Shown: positions 10,397 through 20,084, counted from the whole stretch's first letter. The stretch: 63,351 nucleotides of DNA, filler included, from an uncultured Methanosarcinales archaeon (GCA_964434885.1; 4 parts of 4 records of this genome joined end to end with filler, not necessarily neighbours in it); one strand, 5' to 3'. The notes: generated by a model not told the origin, from the letters alone. A program made the numbers and translations.

Positions 10397-11903
10397 TTAA
10401 TTGGGAGAAATATATTTGTTCTTTGCTTTTCTGGTTTGGAATGGTCCAGTTCGGTACTCAAAGAGATCAATATATGGTTCATAACATTCTGGGTGGTCAT
10501 GCAAACCTAGTTGGTAAGCTTTGCTGATTTTTCCTAAGTTTTGTTTAATGGTTTCTTTAATCTCTTCGGATAAAGCAGGAGTAGGAGGAATTCCTTCTTG
10601 TAATTCAATTTTAATTAAGAAATGGTGATCTCCTTCGTGATGGTAAGTTTTGGAAATCTGAAAACTTTGAATATTCTCGTAAACCTTTTTGTTTTTCAAT
10701 AAAGCTACTTCGATTTGTTGAGGAAAAATATTAACTCCATTTAAAGAAATAACATTGTCTGTTCTCCCGGCAATCCACAAGAAAGGTAGTTTAATGGAAT
10801 TGTCTTTGTATTCTTTTTCATACGTTTCTTTAAAATCAGGAAATTCTTTAGTTAAAAGTGCAAGCATTTCATTATAACTTTTCTTTCCACCCAAATCATG
10901 AATGTTGTACTTAATTTTACAACCAATGTGTCCTTTAGTTAAAACAGTGGCATGAAATTCTTTTTTTCTTGGTAAATTGTTAATGTAGAATCTTAGAGGA
11001 TTGTATTGGAAGAACATCGGTAGTCTTTTAGCTCCAAAAAGTTTTTCTACTTTTTTTGGGTGAGCAATGAATAATTCTCTGATATATTGAGAAAAAGGAG
11101 TTTCTACCCCCATTCCAGTTTCTAAATCCGATGCCCCATAAGCAGAAACAATTTTAGCTCCATCTTTTAATTTGCTTTGAACATATTTTCGCCAACCAGG
11201 AATAAAACCTTCTCCACCAACAATTAAATCAACATTATGTTTTTTCCAATCAATTCCCCCAGTATCAATCAAATGTTTGATAAATGGTGGATATCCAGCA
11301 ATTAAATAATTGTGTTTGGGACCCATGGTTTTAATCGTTTGAATAATTTGTTTAACATCAGGACCGATGTTTTTAACTATTCCAAGCGGTTCAAAATAAT
11401 AGCAAAAGGAATAACTAGTTGTCCAGGCTCCTAAAGACCAAGCACTGATAACAATATATCTTTTGTTCTCTCCAAACAGATATTTAGTTTCAAATTCAAC
11501 ATCTTGTCTAATGACTTGTTCTTCTTCCATAGAACGAAACCAATTAGTAGGTAATTTTCCAGTAGAGCCCGAACTTTCTACTAATAAACCGTGTTTTGGT
11601 AATTGGTTTTTTTCAGTTCTTTCTAACAAAGAGTATTGCATGACATAGTTATTCTTATCAACCACTGGAAGTTTCTGGTTGAAATCTTCAATTTTATGGA
11701 TTGTTTTAGAAATTTTGATAAGCAGGAATATTTTTTTGAACTCTTTTGAATGTTTTTAATACTTTTTTTTCACTAATTTTTTCTAGAAATTCAGGATCAA
11801 CTTTTTTTAAAAAAGTAAGAAATTGATGATAACTGCGATGGCGTTCGCTAATCCAATCAATTAATCTAATTGGAATTAATCCATAAACTCCTTTTTTCAT
11901 CAA
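10397..11903 (-). pseudogene. PaaK/phenylacetate-CoA ligase-like adenylate-forming (ANL) enzyme, frameshifted near 11706-11712 (real lesion or assembly error)
   Basis: SSGSTG P-loop, AGYPPF, GGEG, YGASD, GRTD, NIFPQQIE. ORF 11706..11903 (..KNIPAYQNF*) supplies the N-terminus; another frame reads KTIHKIEDFNQKLPVVDKNNY into ORF 10397..11665. Confidence 0.8.
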
Positions 11904-11956
11904 ATAGAAGATAACACCGATATATTTAAATATTTGTTTGTTATTGAATAGTAGTT

Positions 11957-14041
11957 ATGGTTGCCAGTGTAGTAAGTAAACCGGAATTGAATTCAATTAT
12001 CTTTAGATATCTTTTAGCACATGCAGAAAAACCTAGTTTGTTGAAAGATTCGGAAATTGCGAAATTGAGAGAATTTTCTCAAAAAACAGATTTCTATATG
12101 GATTTTATTACTGCTGTTGGCAGTACAATCGAACCAGAAATTGGGGGAGAAGTTTACGATGAATCTAGGTTGTTGCAAATTGATAGTTGGATTCCTCAAA
12201 GAAAATTTAAGGAGATTCTTAATTGTTTCAAAGAAATGAGTGGAATTAGAAATCCCCTTCATTATAGTGAATTAGGAAAGATAATTCCTTTTGTGCAAAG
12301 TGGATTTAAAGAAATTGCTGGTCCAACTCTTTTGAAACCAGGAATGGTAATTAAAGAAAGTGCTAGATATAATCATAGTTTGAATAATGATCAAAAAATT
12401 GTAATTGAAAGTTTAACAGAAAATGGTAATGCAGAAGCAAGAATTCAACATTATTTCTTGCCATCGGCAGAACCACATTATTTAGAGATGGTTACTGCGG
12501 CATTGGGTTATTGGGAAGGAATTCCTTTGTTGTGGGATTGGCATAAGTTAGGAGAATCTAGGCTGTTTGAAGTGCAAATCCCGTTGGAAGAATTAGTTAG
12601 TGTTGATTATGCTTATCTTGGTTTAGATTTTGATGAGAAGAAAAGAGATATTTACATTAATGGGGAAGTAGTGGGTAGAAGAGTTGCTTTAGATATTGAT
12701 TATATGCCTCAAAAAGATTATTTAACTGGAGAATTAAATAGTTTTACACCAATTGAAATATTAGAAGATGTGGTAGTAGAGGGAGATTTAATCTTTCCAG
12801 CTGGAACAAAATATGGTATGCCCTGTAATCGGTATGATCTTTCTATTCCTGATCCTGGTTTAGGTAGGAGAATTTTGTATACTTTGAAAAGATTAGTGGG
12901 AAGAGAAGGAAAAGGATTTCAATTTATGGATAAAGATATTGAAGAATTAGCTAATCGAAGCAGATTGTTGGCTCCCCAATATGAAGCGATGAAAAGGCAA
13001 AGGGTTGAGATTGAAGAAGAAAAATCTAGAACTGAAGCGGAAAAGGCTAGAGCAGAAGCGGAAAGAGCGAGAGCTAATACGGCAGAAGCTAGAGCGGAGA
13101 CTGCTGAATATGAAGCCAAAGCAGCTACGGCAGAGGCAACGGCTGCCCATGCTCAAAGTGAAGCGGAAAAGGCTAGAGCTGATAATGCGGAATTGGAAGT
13201 GAGGGTGAAAGTAGCTGAAACAGAAGTAGAAAGAGCAAGAGCTGATATGGCAGAAGCTAAGTTGACTTTAGAAAAGCAAGTAAGTGAAGTTAACAGAGTG
13301 TTCGCTGATTTACGAGGTTTGGCACACGATAATAAAAACCATACATTAGTAGTTATTGCAGATGCATGCAATCTTTTTGAAAGTGTCTTACAATCATATC
13401 CAACTTATTCTGAAAAATATCCACAAATAACTGAAGGAACTGCTTATTTGAAGGAAGCCATAATTCGGATGAAAGTTGAAGAAGATACTCCTGAAGAAAT
13501 CTTAACTGCAGCTGAATCTTACGCCACTATTGTGGATCGAACGGGAATTATGATGGACAATGATAAAATAATTATGGCAGGTGGAATTCCAATTGATATC
13601 CAAGACGTAAGTTATAGTGATGTAATAGATCCAGTTTTAGAATCTGTTAAAAAACTACATCCCGAGGTAGAATTAATTTATGAAATTCCAAAAGATATGT
13701 TAGTTCGAGGAGATGAAAGATTATTAAAAGTTGCATTTACTAACTTATTACATAACGCAGCAGAAGCATCTCCAGAAGGTGAAATTAAATTAGAACAAAG
13801 ACAATTAAAAAGAGCTAGAAGAAACATTAGTATCATTGATATCTATCAAACAGGTTATATTCCTCCCGAGATTGTGAGTAAATTAAATGAAGGAATTACA
13901 TTCACCGAGGGGAAAGAAGAAGGCAATGGAGTGGGAGCAGCCGCTAGTTTGAATATTATCACTGGACCACACAACGGTAAAGTTAGATACAAAGGTTTTG
14001 CCGAAGAAGAATATGGTGGTTTAATCAGAGTAATGTTTTAG
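11957..14041 (+). CDS. Soluble sensor histidine kinase: ~320-aa N-terminal putative ligand-binding region, Ala/Glu-rich coiled coil, HisKA and HATPase domains
   Basis: H-box LAHDNKN, N-box AFTNLLHNAAEA, divergent G1 (YQTGYIP), F-box ITFTEGK, G2 GNGVG; no transmembrane segment. Confidence 0.78.
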   Translation: MVASVVSKPELNSIIFRYLLAHAEKPSLLKDSEIAKLREFSQKTDFYMDFITAVGSTIEPEIGGEVYDESRLLQIDSWIPQRKFKEILNCFKEMSGIRNPLHYSELGKIIPFVQSGFKEIAGPTLLKPGMVIKESARYNHSLNNDQKIVIESLTENGNAEARIQHYFLPSAEPHYLEMVTAALGYWEGIPLLWDWHKLGESRLFEVQIPLEELVSVDYAYLGLDFDEKKRDIYINGEVVGRRVALDIDYMPQKDYLTGELNSFTPIEILEDVVVEGDLIFPAGTKYGMPCNRYDLSIPDPGLGRRILYTLKRLVGREGKGFQFMDKDIEELANRSRLLAPQYEAMKRQRVEIEEEKSRTEAEKARAEAERARANTAEARAETAEYEAKAATAEATAAHAQSEAEKARADNAELEVRVKVAETEVERARADMAEAKLTLEKQVSEVNRVFADLRGLAHDNKNHTLVVIADACNLFESVLQSYPTYSEKYPQITEGTAYLKEAIIRMKVEEDTPEEILTAAESYATIVDRTGIMMDNDKIIMAGGIPIDIQDVSYSDVIDPVLESVKKLHPEVELIYEIPKDMLVRGDERLLKVAFTNLLHNAAEASPEGEIKLEQRQLKRARRNISIIDIYQTGYIPPEIVSKLNEGITFTEGKEEGNGVGAAASLNIITGPHNGKVRYKGFAEEEYGGLIRVMF

Positions 14042-14075
14042 AAATAATTTAAAAAAAGTAAAGAAATTAAAAAAT

Positions 14076-14741
14076 TTATCCCATCCAGGCTTTATTTAGA
14101 GGAGTTGTTAATTCTCTTTCTTGTGCTCTATAAATAGCTCTGACAGTTTGAAGTAGATTATATTCGTAATTAGCAGGAGTCATTCCATCTTTGGCCATTT
14201 CTTTTCGAGCTCCAAATAAATCAAAACCTCCTTTGTATTCTCCATTTTCTTCAGTAAATGGTTCAAGCATACCTAACTCCGGATCAAGACTTTCTGGATC
14301 AATAGCGGAATCCATACTGGTAACAACTACTGCATGTGGAATGTAAATACGTCCTTCTTGTTTAAATCTTCTTCTCTCATCAGCAGGTTTAGTTAATTCA
14401 CTGACCATTGATAAAAGATCAATACCGGAAAAATCAACACCTTGATCCCTTAATAGTTGATAATCCAAATCAGCAACCAACAAAGGTTGAAATGATGGGT
14501 TATACATTATAAGTTCAGTTAAGTGTTTTGTTCCTTCTTCTGCAACAACAGCTGGATTAAGATAAACTGCTTCAAACTCATTCATATTTAATAAATTTAA
14601 AGCCCTCATTGCTAATTTTTGATCATCTTCTGCTAAAAAAATTGTTCTATCTCTACCATTATCTAAAGGCTTTAGTGGTCCCAATGAACCAACACATCTT
14701 TCATCAACGCCATATAGGTTTGCCATTTTAAATTTCTCCAT
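14076..14741 (-). CDS. Divergent stand-alone receiver (REC)-like protein
   Basis: IFLAEDD, LLVADLD, SGIDLL, AVVVTS, GARK; convergent with the kinase. Confidence 0.55.
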   Translation of the reverse strand: MEKFKMANLYGVDERCVGSLGPLKPLDNGRDRTIFLAEDDQKLAMRALNLLNMNEFEAVYLNPAVVAEEGTKHLTELIMYNPSFQPLLVADLDYQLLRDQGVDFSGIDLLSMVSELTKPADERRRFKQEGRIYIPHAVVVTSMDSAIDPESLDPELGMLEPFTEENGEYKGGFDLFGARKEMAKDGMTPANYEYNLLQTVRAIYRAQERELTTPLNKAWMG

Positions 14742-14883
14742 ATATTTTATAATTATTTTTTACTACTTAAAGATAAAAAACTATTTATAAATATTATGGT
14801 ACTATAGACTACACTTTTTGGAAGTGAATTAGACTGAGTGCGAAAAATTAATAAAGTTGTTTCTATTTATTTTGGTTTAAGAG

Positions 14884-15663
14884 GTGTATATCATGTTAAA
14901 TGAAAAAGAAGGTGGACTGAATGAGGCAGTTGAAAACAGCATCAAGCCAAATTTGAAAAACAAATCTTATTTTGGTGTTCCGAGCCACAAAGTTAATTTT
15001 TCTTCTTTAAATAAAGACAAAAAGGAAGCAAAAGCAAGAGAAGCTAAAAAACCATTTGATCCTTTTCCAGCAAAAAAGAAAAATAGTGGAAAATTCAAGA
15101 GTTTCTTATTACAAAGAAGAACTTTAGTTATTGCAGTTGTTTTTGTCTTGGTGTTAGGGTTTGTCACTTTAACTCCAGTAATTACAGGACAAACTGTTGT
15201 CTCAGCAGCAGAAGTACAAAGAATGGAAACCACATTAAGTAGTAATAATCTTACTATTACTAATTTAACCAAAGAATTGAGTACTACTAAAACTAATTTA
15301 GATGCGAGTCAAATTTCATATAATAATATATTGACAGAGAAAAATGACTTAACTAGTAAACTAAGTACTGCCAATAGTGAACTTGGAACTTTAAAAACGA
15401 AATTATCTAAATTGGAAAAGACTGAAGCAATTAATAAAGATTTAGAAAAAGATAACTATAATTTAAAAGAAAAAGTGGCTGATTTGAAAGATGACTTGGG
15501 AGATTTACAAGACGATTTTGATGAAGTAGTAGGTAATTCAGCAAGATCTATCTGTTGTAAAAAGAAAATTGATGACTCTAGCATTAGTGGATACAAAGTT
15601 AAAGATGGAAAAGTTTCTTGCTTAACTTCAGGAGGAACAAATCTAGATTGTAGTTTTAGTTAA
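14884..15663 (+). CDS. Membrane-anchored coiled-coil protein with a Cys-containing C-terminal tip
   Basis: One TM helix followed by ITGQTVV, a long heptad region, and ICCKKK...VSC...LDC. Confidence 0.7.
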   Translation: MYIMLNEKEGGLNEAVENSIKPNLKNKSYFGVPSHKVNFSSLNKDKKEAKAREAKKPFDPFPAKKKNSGKFKSFLLQRRTLVIAVVFVLVLGFVTLTPVITGQTVVSAAEVQRMETTLSSNNLTITNLTKELSTTKTNLDASQISYNNILTEKNDLTSKLSTANSELGTLKTKLSKLEKTEAINKDLEKDNYNLKEKVADLKDDLGDLQDDFDEVVGNSARSICCKKKIDDSSISGYKVKDGKVSCLTSGGTNLDCSFS

Positions 15664-16543
15664 ATTATTTTTTCTTTTAATTCTTTTAAATTTAGAATGT
15701 TGTATTTTTTCTTGAAGTTGTCGATATCTTCTTTTTGTAATAAATCAGTTTTACTTAAATAAAGTAATATTTTCTCATGTTTAGTGTTTCTTTTCAGGGT
15801 TTTCAATAAGTCTTCTTGTTTCTTTAAACTATATCCAACTCAGCAATTCTTTCGATATCATTCATCTTTTCTACTCGAGCTAAAGTTCCAGGAACATCTA
15901 AAACTTGAATTTCTTGATCTTCTTTCTTTAAGTAACCAATATTGATATTTTTAGTAGTAAAAGCATAACTAGCCACTTCTGCTTTAGAACCAGTTAGTTT
16001 ATTTAGTAAGGTTGTTTTTCCAACATTAGGAAATCCAAACAAACAAATAGTAAATTTTTCTTTAACATCAGGATATTTTCTCATTATTTTTCTACAAGAT
16101 TCTAAAAAAACTAATTCTTTATCGATTTGATTAACAACTGAACTAACTCTGCCATAAAATTCTTTCTTTAAGGAAGCAATTTTAGAACGTTCTTTAGTTT
16201 TGCTTAGTTGTCGCACATAATTTTTGTGTAGAAATCTAACTTTTCCAATAGCCCAGCTTACCCCACCTAAGCTTTTTTTTAACATCCCATAATCCAAAGT
16301 TAGTTTTAATAATTTTATATAAAATGAAGGTAAATGTTCTAAACTAGGAAAACTTTTTACCACTTTGTCTAATCTTTGAGTAAGTTGGTCTTTGATAACA
16401 TCCAACCTAATCATTTCTTTTCTTCTAATCTTTTCTAACCATTCTCCAGTTAATTTTTTGTTACTCTTTTCCCTTGCTTTACGGAAAGCAATATCTAAAT
16501 AATCTTTGCTTCTTTCTACTGGAACAAGATGTTGGAAGTTCAT
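15660..16543 (-). pseudogene. NOG1-family ribosome biogenesis GTPase with a deletion/frameshift at about 15836
   Basis: G1 GFPNVGKTT, G2 YAFTT, G3 DVPG. After IERIAEL the C-terminus GYSLKKQEDLL...LYLSKTDL (G4-like) is in another frame, ending TAA at 15660. Confidence 0.8.
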
Positions 16544-16638
16544 ATTCTTAGTTAATTGAGCTGATTTATATATTTATTCTGTTTTTTATCTAATTATGTT
16601 GGAGAAAGTAATATAAACTTGAGAGATTTGATTGATGT

Positions 16639-16860
16639 ATGGCTAAAAAAAATAATTCTAATCCCATATTATATGGTTTATTAGTTTTTGGTGTGGTTTT
16701 GGTTTTAGCAGGAACATTAGTGAGCTTAAATACGTTAAGTGGGATTGATTTCACAGGAGATTCTTTGACAGGAGCAGTAGTTAATAAAGAAAAACCAGTT
16801 GAGAATCAAGTTGATGTGATGGTTGAAAAAGATAATACAACTTCAAACAAAATCAAATAA
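16639..16860 (+). CDS. Small single-TM hypothetical protein
   Basis: N-terminal TM followed by LTGAVV; TATA-like box upstream. Confidence 0.6.
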   Translation: MAKKNNSNPILYGLLVFGVVLVLAGTLVSLNTLSGIDFTGDSLTGAVVNKEKPVENQVDVMVEKDNTTSNKIK

Positions 16861-16886
16861 TAAAAAATATAATACTTTAATATTGT

Positions 16887-18596
16887 TTAATGGTCTTTGG
16901 GATGTTCATGACCTACTTCTTTTCTTTCTTGTAAATGCTGAATATGCATTTTTTTCTCTTCTTTCAATTTTCTTTTTCTTTTTCGAACATCTCTAATTAA
17001 GTGAGAAACGTGTTCTCCTCCTAAGAAATGAGGCATAACTACATAATCTGCTCCAGCATTGTAAAATCGTAAAGCAGTATTTATTTCAGTGGCGGTAACA
17101 ATAACTTTAGCTTTGCGATTTGATTTTTTTACTCTTCTAATTAAATTTAAACTATCTTTTACTTCAGGAACAGTAGAAATTAGCATCTTAATTTGACTTA
17201 AATTCATCTTGTCAATTATTTCTTCATCACCTACATCCCCATATAAACAATGATATCCTTCTTTTGCTAAACGATCAACCATTTCTGGATTGTAATCAAC
17301 AATAAGAACTTTTTTCTTAACTGTTTTAAGACTTCTTAAAATACTATATCCAATACGATTATGACCACATAAAATTATTCTTGGTTTGGTTTCGGTGGGC
17401 ATATACTCCATCCCTTTGGTGGAAAAGATTTCAAAGATACGTAAAGGTTTGTCCATAAAATTATAGATCCAATCATCATATTTGATAAGGTAGGAAGTGA
17501 GTGTAATTGATGTTAATGCTACCATTACAATTAGACTAAATAAATCTGCAGAAATATGTTTTAGGAGAAGACCTTGAGTAGCAATAATCAATGAAAATTC
17601 TCCTAATTGAGATAAGGAGATAGCACTGAGAAAAGCTGGTTTTTTGGTGTATTTAAACATAGAACAAACAGTCATGTTTAAAATAGGTTTAAAGAAGATA
17701 ACAAAACAGATGAAAGCTAATAATGGTAGCCAAAATTTACTTAAGACAGCAATACTTAAACCCATTCCCAATGAAACAAAAAATAATAAAGAAAAAAAAT
17801 CTTTTAGTGATTTGACTTTTCCAATAATATCATAATTATATTCTAAACTACCTAATGTTACTCCGGCAATAAATGCACCAATAGCAACTGAGAAATTGAT
17901 AAAATGGAAAGCTAAAGAGAAAATGAAACAAACAGATAATGAAGTAAGAAGTAAAAGTTCTTGATTTTTAGCAGCATAACGGAAAACTCTTGGGAATATA
18001 TATTTACTACATAAGTAAGCAGCAGCGAATAGTGAGAGAAATTTCAGAAAAGCAAAACCAAATAATCCTGGGCTAAAATTATCAATGGAACTGAAAATTG
18101 ATAAAGCAAAAATAGCAACAATATCTTCCATTAATAATATTCCTACTACAATTCTACCATGTAATGTGTTTAATTGGTGTTTGTCTGATAAAAGTTTCAT
18201 AACCACCATTGTGGAACTGAAAGTCAACATCAATCCAATGTAAGCTGCTTCTAAACTAAGAAAACCAAGGAGAAGTGCTAGAAGATAGCCCATAGTAAAA
18301 AGAACAGCTATTTGGATTCCCCCACCCAAAGTAGATACTAAAGCAACATTTTTTAGTTTTTTGAGATCAATTTCCATTCCAACAATGAAAAGAAGAAAAG
18401 CGATACCAATAGTAGACATAGATTGAATTAAAGAAGTATCTGTTACTAAACCAAAAACAGGAGTGATTAATACTCCTACTAAAACATAAGCTAAAATTTG
18501 AGGTTGTCTGATAAGACGTAAACCATAAGCAGCTATCCCAGTAACAATTATAATTAGCCCTAACTGGATAAATAACTCACCTACTGCACCTCCCAT
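16887..18596 (-). CDS. Kef-type cation:proton antiporter (CPA2) with a C-terminal TrkA-N/RCK domain
   Basis: Multi-TM region with FSSTMVV, LLMEDI, SQLGEFS; C-terminal ILCGHNRIG, YGDVGD, GADYVV. Confidence 0.93.
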   Translation of the reverse strand: MGGAVGELFIQLGLIIIVTGIAAYGLRLIRQPQILAYVLVGVLITPVFGLVTDTSLIQSMSTIGIAFLLFIVGMEIDLKKLKNVALVSTLGGGIQIAVLFTMGYLLALLLGFLSLEAAYIGLMLTFSSTMVVMKLLSDKHQLNTLHGRIVVGILLMEDIVAIFALSIFSSIDNFSPGLFGFAFLKFLSLFAAAYLCSKYIFPRVFRYAAKNQELLLLTSLSVCFIFSLAFHFINFSVAIGAFIAGVTLGSLEYNYDIIGKVKSLKDFFSLLFFVSLGMGLSIAVLSKFWLPLLAFICFVIFFKPILNMTVCSMFKYTKKPAFLSAISLSQLGEFSLIIATQGLLLKHISADLFSLIVMVALTSITLTSYLIKYDDWIYNFMDKPLRIFEIFSTKGMEYMPTETKPRIILCGHNRIGYSILRSLKTVKKKVLIVDYNPEMVDRLAKEGYHCLYGDVGDEEIIDKMNLSQIKMLISTVPEVKDSLNLIRRVKKSNRKAKVIVTATEINTALRFYNAGADYVVMPHFLGGEHVSHLIRDVRKRKRKLKEEKKMHIQHLQERKEVGHEHPKDH

Positions 18597-18627
18597 AGGT
18601 TAAAGAAAGAATTGAGTGTTTATAAAG

Positions 18628-19266
18628 TTATTCGTAAAGGACTTGGTTTTTTCCTAGTTTTTTGGCCTTTTGCATGTTTAAATCAGCTCGGTGCTGGGCA
18701 TCTTTAAACTCTTCAGTTAGTGGGTCCCAGGCAGTTATACCTATTGTTTCTGTGATTTGATAACCAGTTTCAGATTGGCTTCGATCAGCAATGGCTTGTC
18801 TAACTCGTTCTGCTACTTGAACAGCTTCTTCATCTGAGTTACACATGTAAATGATCATTTTTTCTTCCCCATGCAAATGATATCCTTTGGCCATAATTTC
18901 TTTTGCGGTCACAAAAATATCTTCTGATCTTAATGAATCTTCTAGAACTTGGGCGGTGAATCTTAAAACTTCATTTCCAATAGTTTCACCATATTCTTTG
19001 TTAAATCTTCCAAAATTATCAATATCTAACATAGCAACATAAGTTTTTCTTGCTTCTCCTTGTTGTCTTTGTTCTTCGTAAATTTCTATAATTTGAGGTA
19101 AATCTTCTTCTAATTGTAATAAATTATGATAACCAGAAACAGGATTAGTATAAGCTTTTTCTTTTAAAGCTTCAACACTAGCCAAAATATCTTCTAATTG
19201 AGATTGTTCAATAGGTAAACCTTTTAATTGTTCTATTAATTCTCTGGGTTTTTTAGCTGTACTCAT
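18628..19266 (-). CDS. GGDEF-domain (diguanylate cyclase-like) protein with a variant signature
   Basis: TNPVSGYHN (DxLTGLxN equivalent), MLDIDNFGRFNKEYGETIGNEVL, HGEEK in place of GGEEF, TIGI, RADLNMQKAKKLGKN. Confidence 0.85.
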   Translation of the reverse strand: MSTAKKPRELIEQLKGLPIEQSQLEDILASVEALKEKAYTNPVSGYHNLLQLEEDLPQIIEIYEEQRQQGEARKTYVAMLDIDNFGRFNKEYGETIGNEVLRFTAQVLEDSLRSEDIFVTAKEIMAKGYHLHGEEKMIIYMCNSDEEAVQVAERVRQAIADRSQSETGYQITETIGITAWDPLTEEFKDAQHRADLNMQKAKKLGKNQVLYE

Positions 19267-19340
19267 ATAATTGTTAAAAAATTAGGTTGGTTTATAAATC
19301 TTTTGGTTGTTATTACTGGGTGGTAGATAATAAGAAAATA

Positions 19341-19523
19341 TGTGGCCGGCAGGGCTTTCGTTTTTACAAATTCGAACCTGCGTAGGCACTAAGCCAATGG
19401 GTGTCTTCCATTCATAGCAAGATGCTCATCACACCACTACTGCCTGAAGGGCCTAAGCTTGGACTAATTCTTGATTTTCGTCATAGAATTAACCATCCCG
19501 TTTGACCACTCCGGCACGGCCAC
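19341..19523 (-). tRNA. trnL: tRNA-Leu(TAG) with three introns (positions 30/31, 37/38, 59/60)
   Basis: Exons 19523-19493, 19458-19452, 19402-19371 and 19354-19341 join to an 84-nt cloverleaf: acceptor GTGGCCG/CGGCCAC+A, anticodon stem ATGGG/CCCAT with loop CT-TAG-GA, long variable arm, T arm GCAGG-TTCGAAC-CCTGC. BHB-type motifs at the junctions. Confidence 0.9.
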
Positions 19524-19724
19524 ATGACGAAAAACTCTCTTGAGCTTTTCTTCATTCTTTAAATGTAAACACTTTAAAAATCTATCGCTGTCTCTTCCAA
19601 TTGGGCAAAGGTAATTGATTTTGTTGTTTGACTAACGTTTCAAAAAATTATTAATTTATAAATGATCCAATAACACCTTAGCAAATAAAAAAATTGTAAA
19701 TATGTCTTCTAAACATTTATCAAA

Positions 19725-20033
19725 TTACTCTCGTGTACAAATAGCTTTAGTAACTCTATATAAATAAAGATATAATTTATCTTTATCTAAATCATCACTA
19801 TTTTTAACTAATGCCTCTATTTCTCCCAGTGCATGTTTAACTCTTTTATTACCTTTATCAACATCAACACAAATATCCCACAATTTTTTTAATTGTGTCA
19901 TTAAATGATTTTTTGGATTAGAATCTTCTGATGAATTTCTAATAGTATCCAAAATCACCCCTACTTGCACTTGAATTCTCTTATCAATCCTATACCATTT
20001 TAACATCAATTTTGCTTTTATATTAAGTTTCAT
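19725..20033 (-). CDS. Hypothetical protein
   Basis: 102-aa ORF with a TATA-like box upstream; no motif recognised. Confidence 0.55.
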   Translation of the reverse strand: MKLNIKAKLMLKWYRIDKRIQVQVGVILDTIRNSSEDSNPKNHLMTQLKKLWDICVDVDKGNKRVKHALGEIEALVKNSDDLDKDKLYLYLYRVTKAICTRE

Positions 20034-20084
20034 GAATTGAAAAATGATTATCCATTATATAAATTTTTCTATCTGAAATTATTG

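Noticed and set aside
13020..13260. Repeated gaagcggaaaaggctagagc in the kinase gene
   Set aside because: Explained by AEAEKAR coiled-coil heptads; no sign of a separate DNA element.
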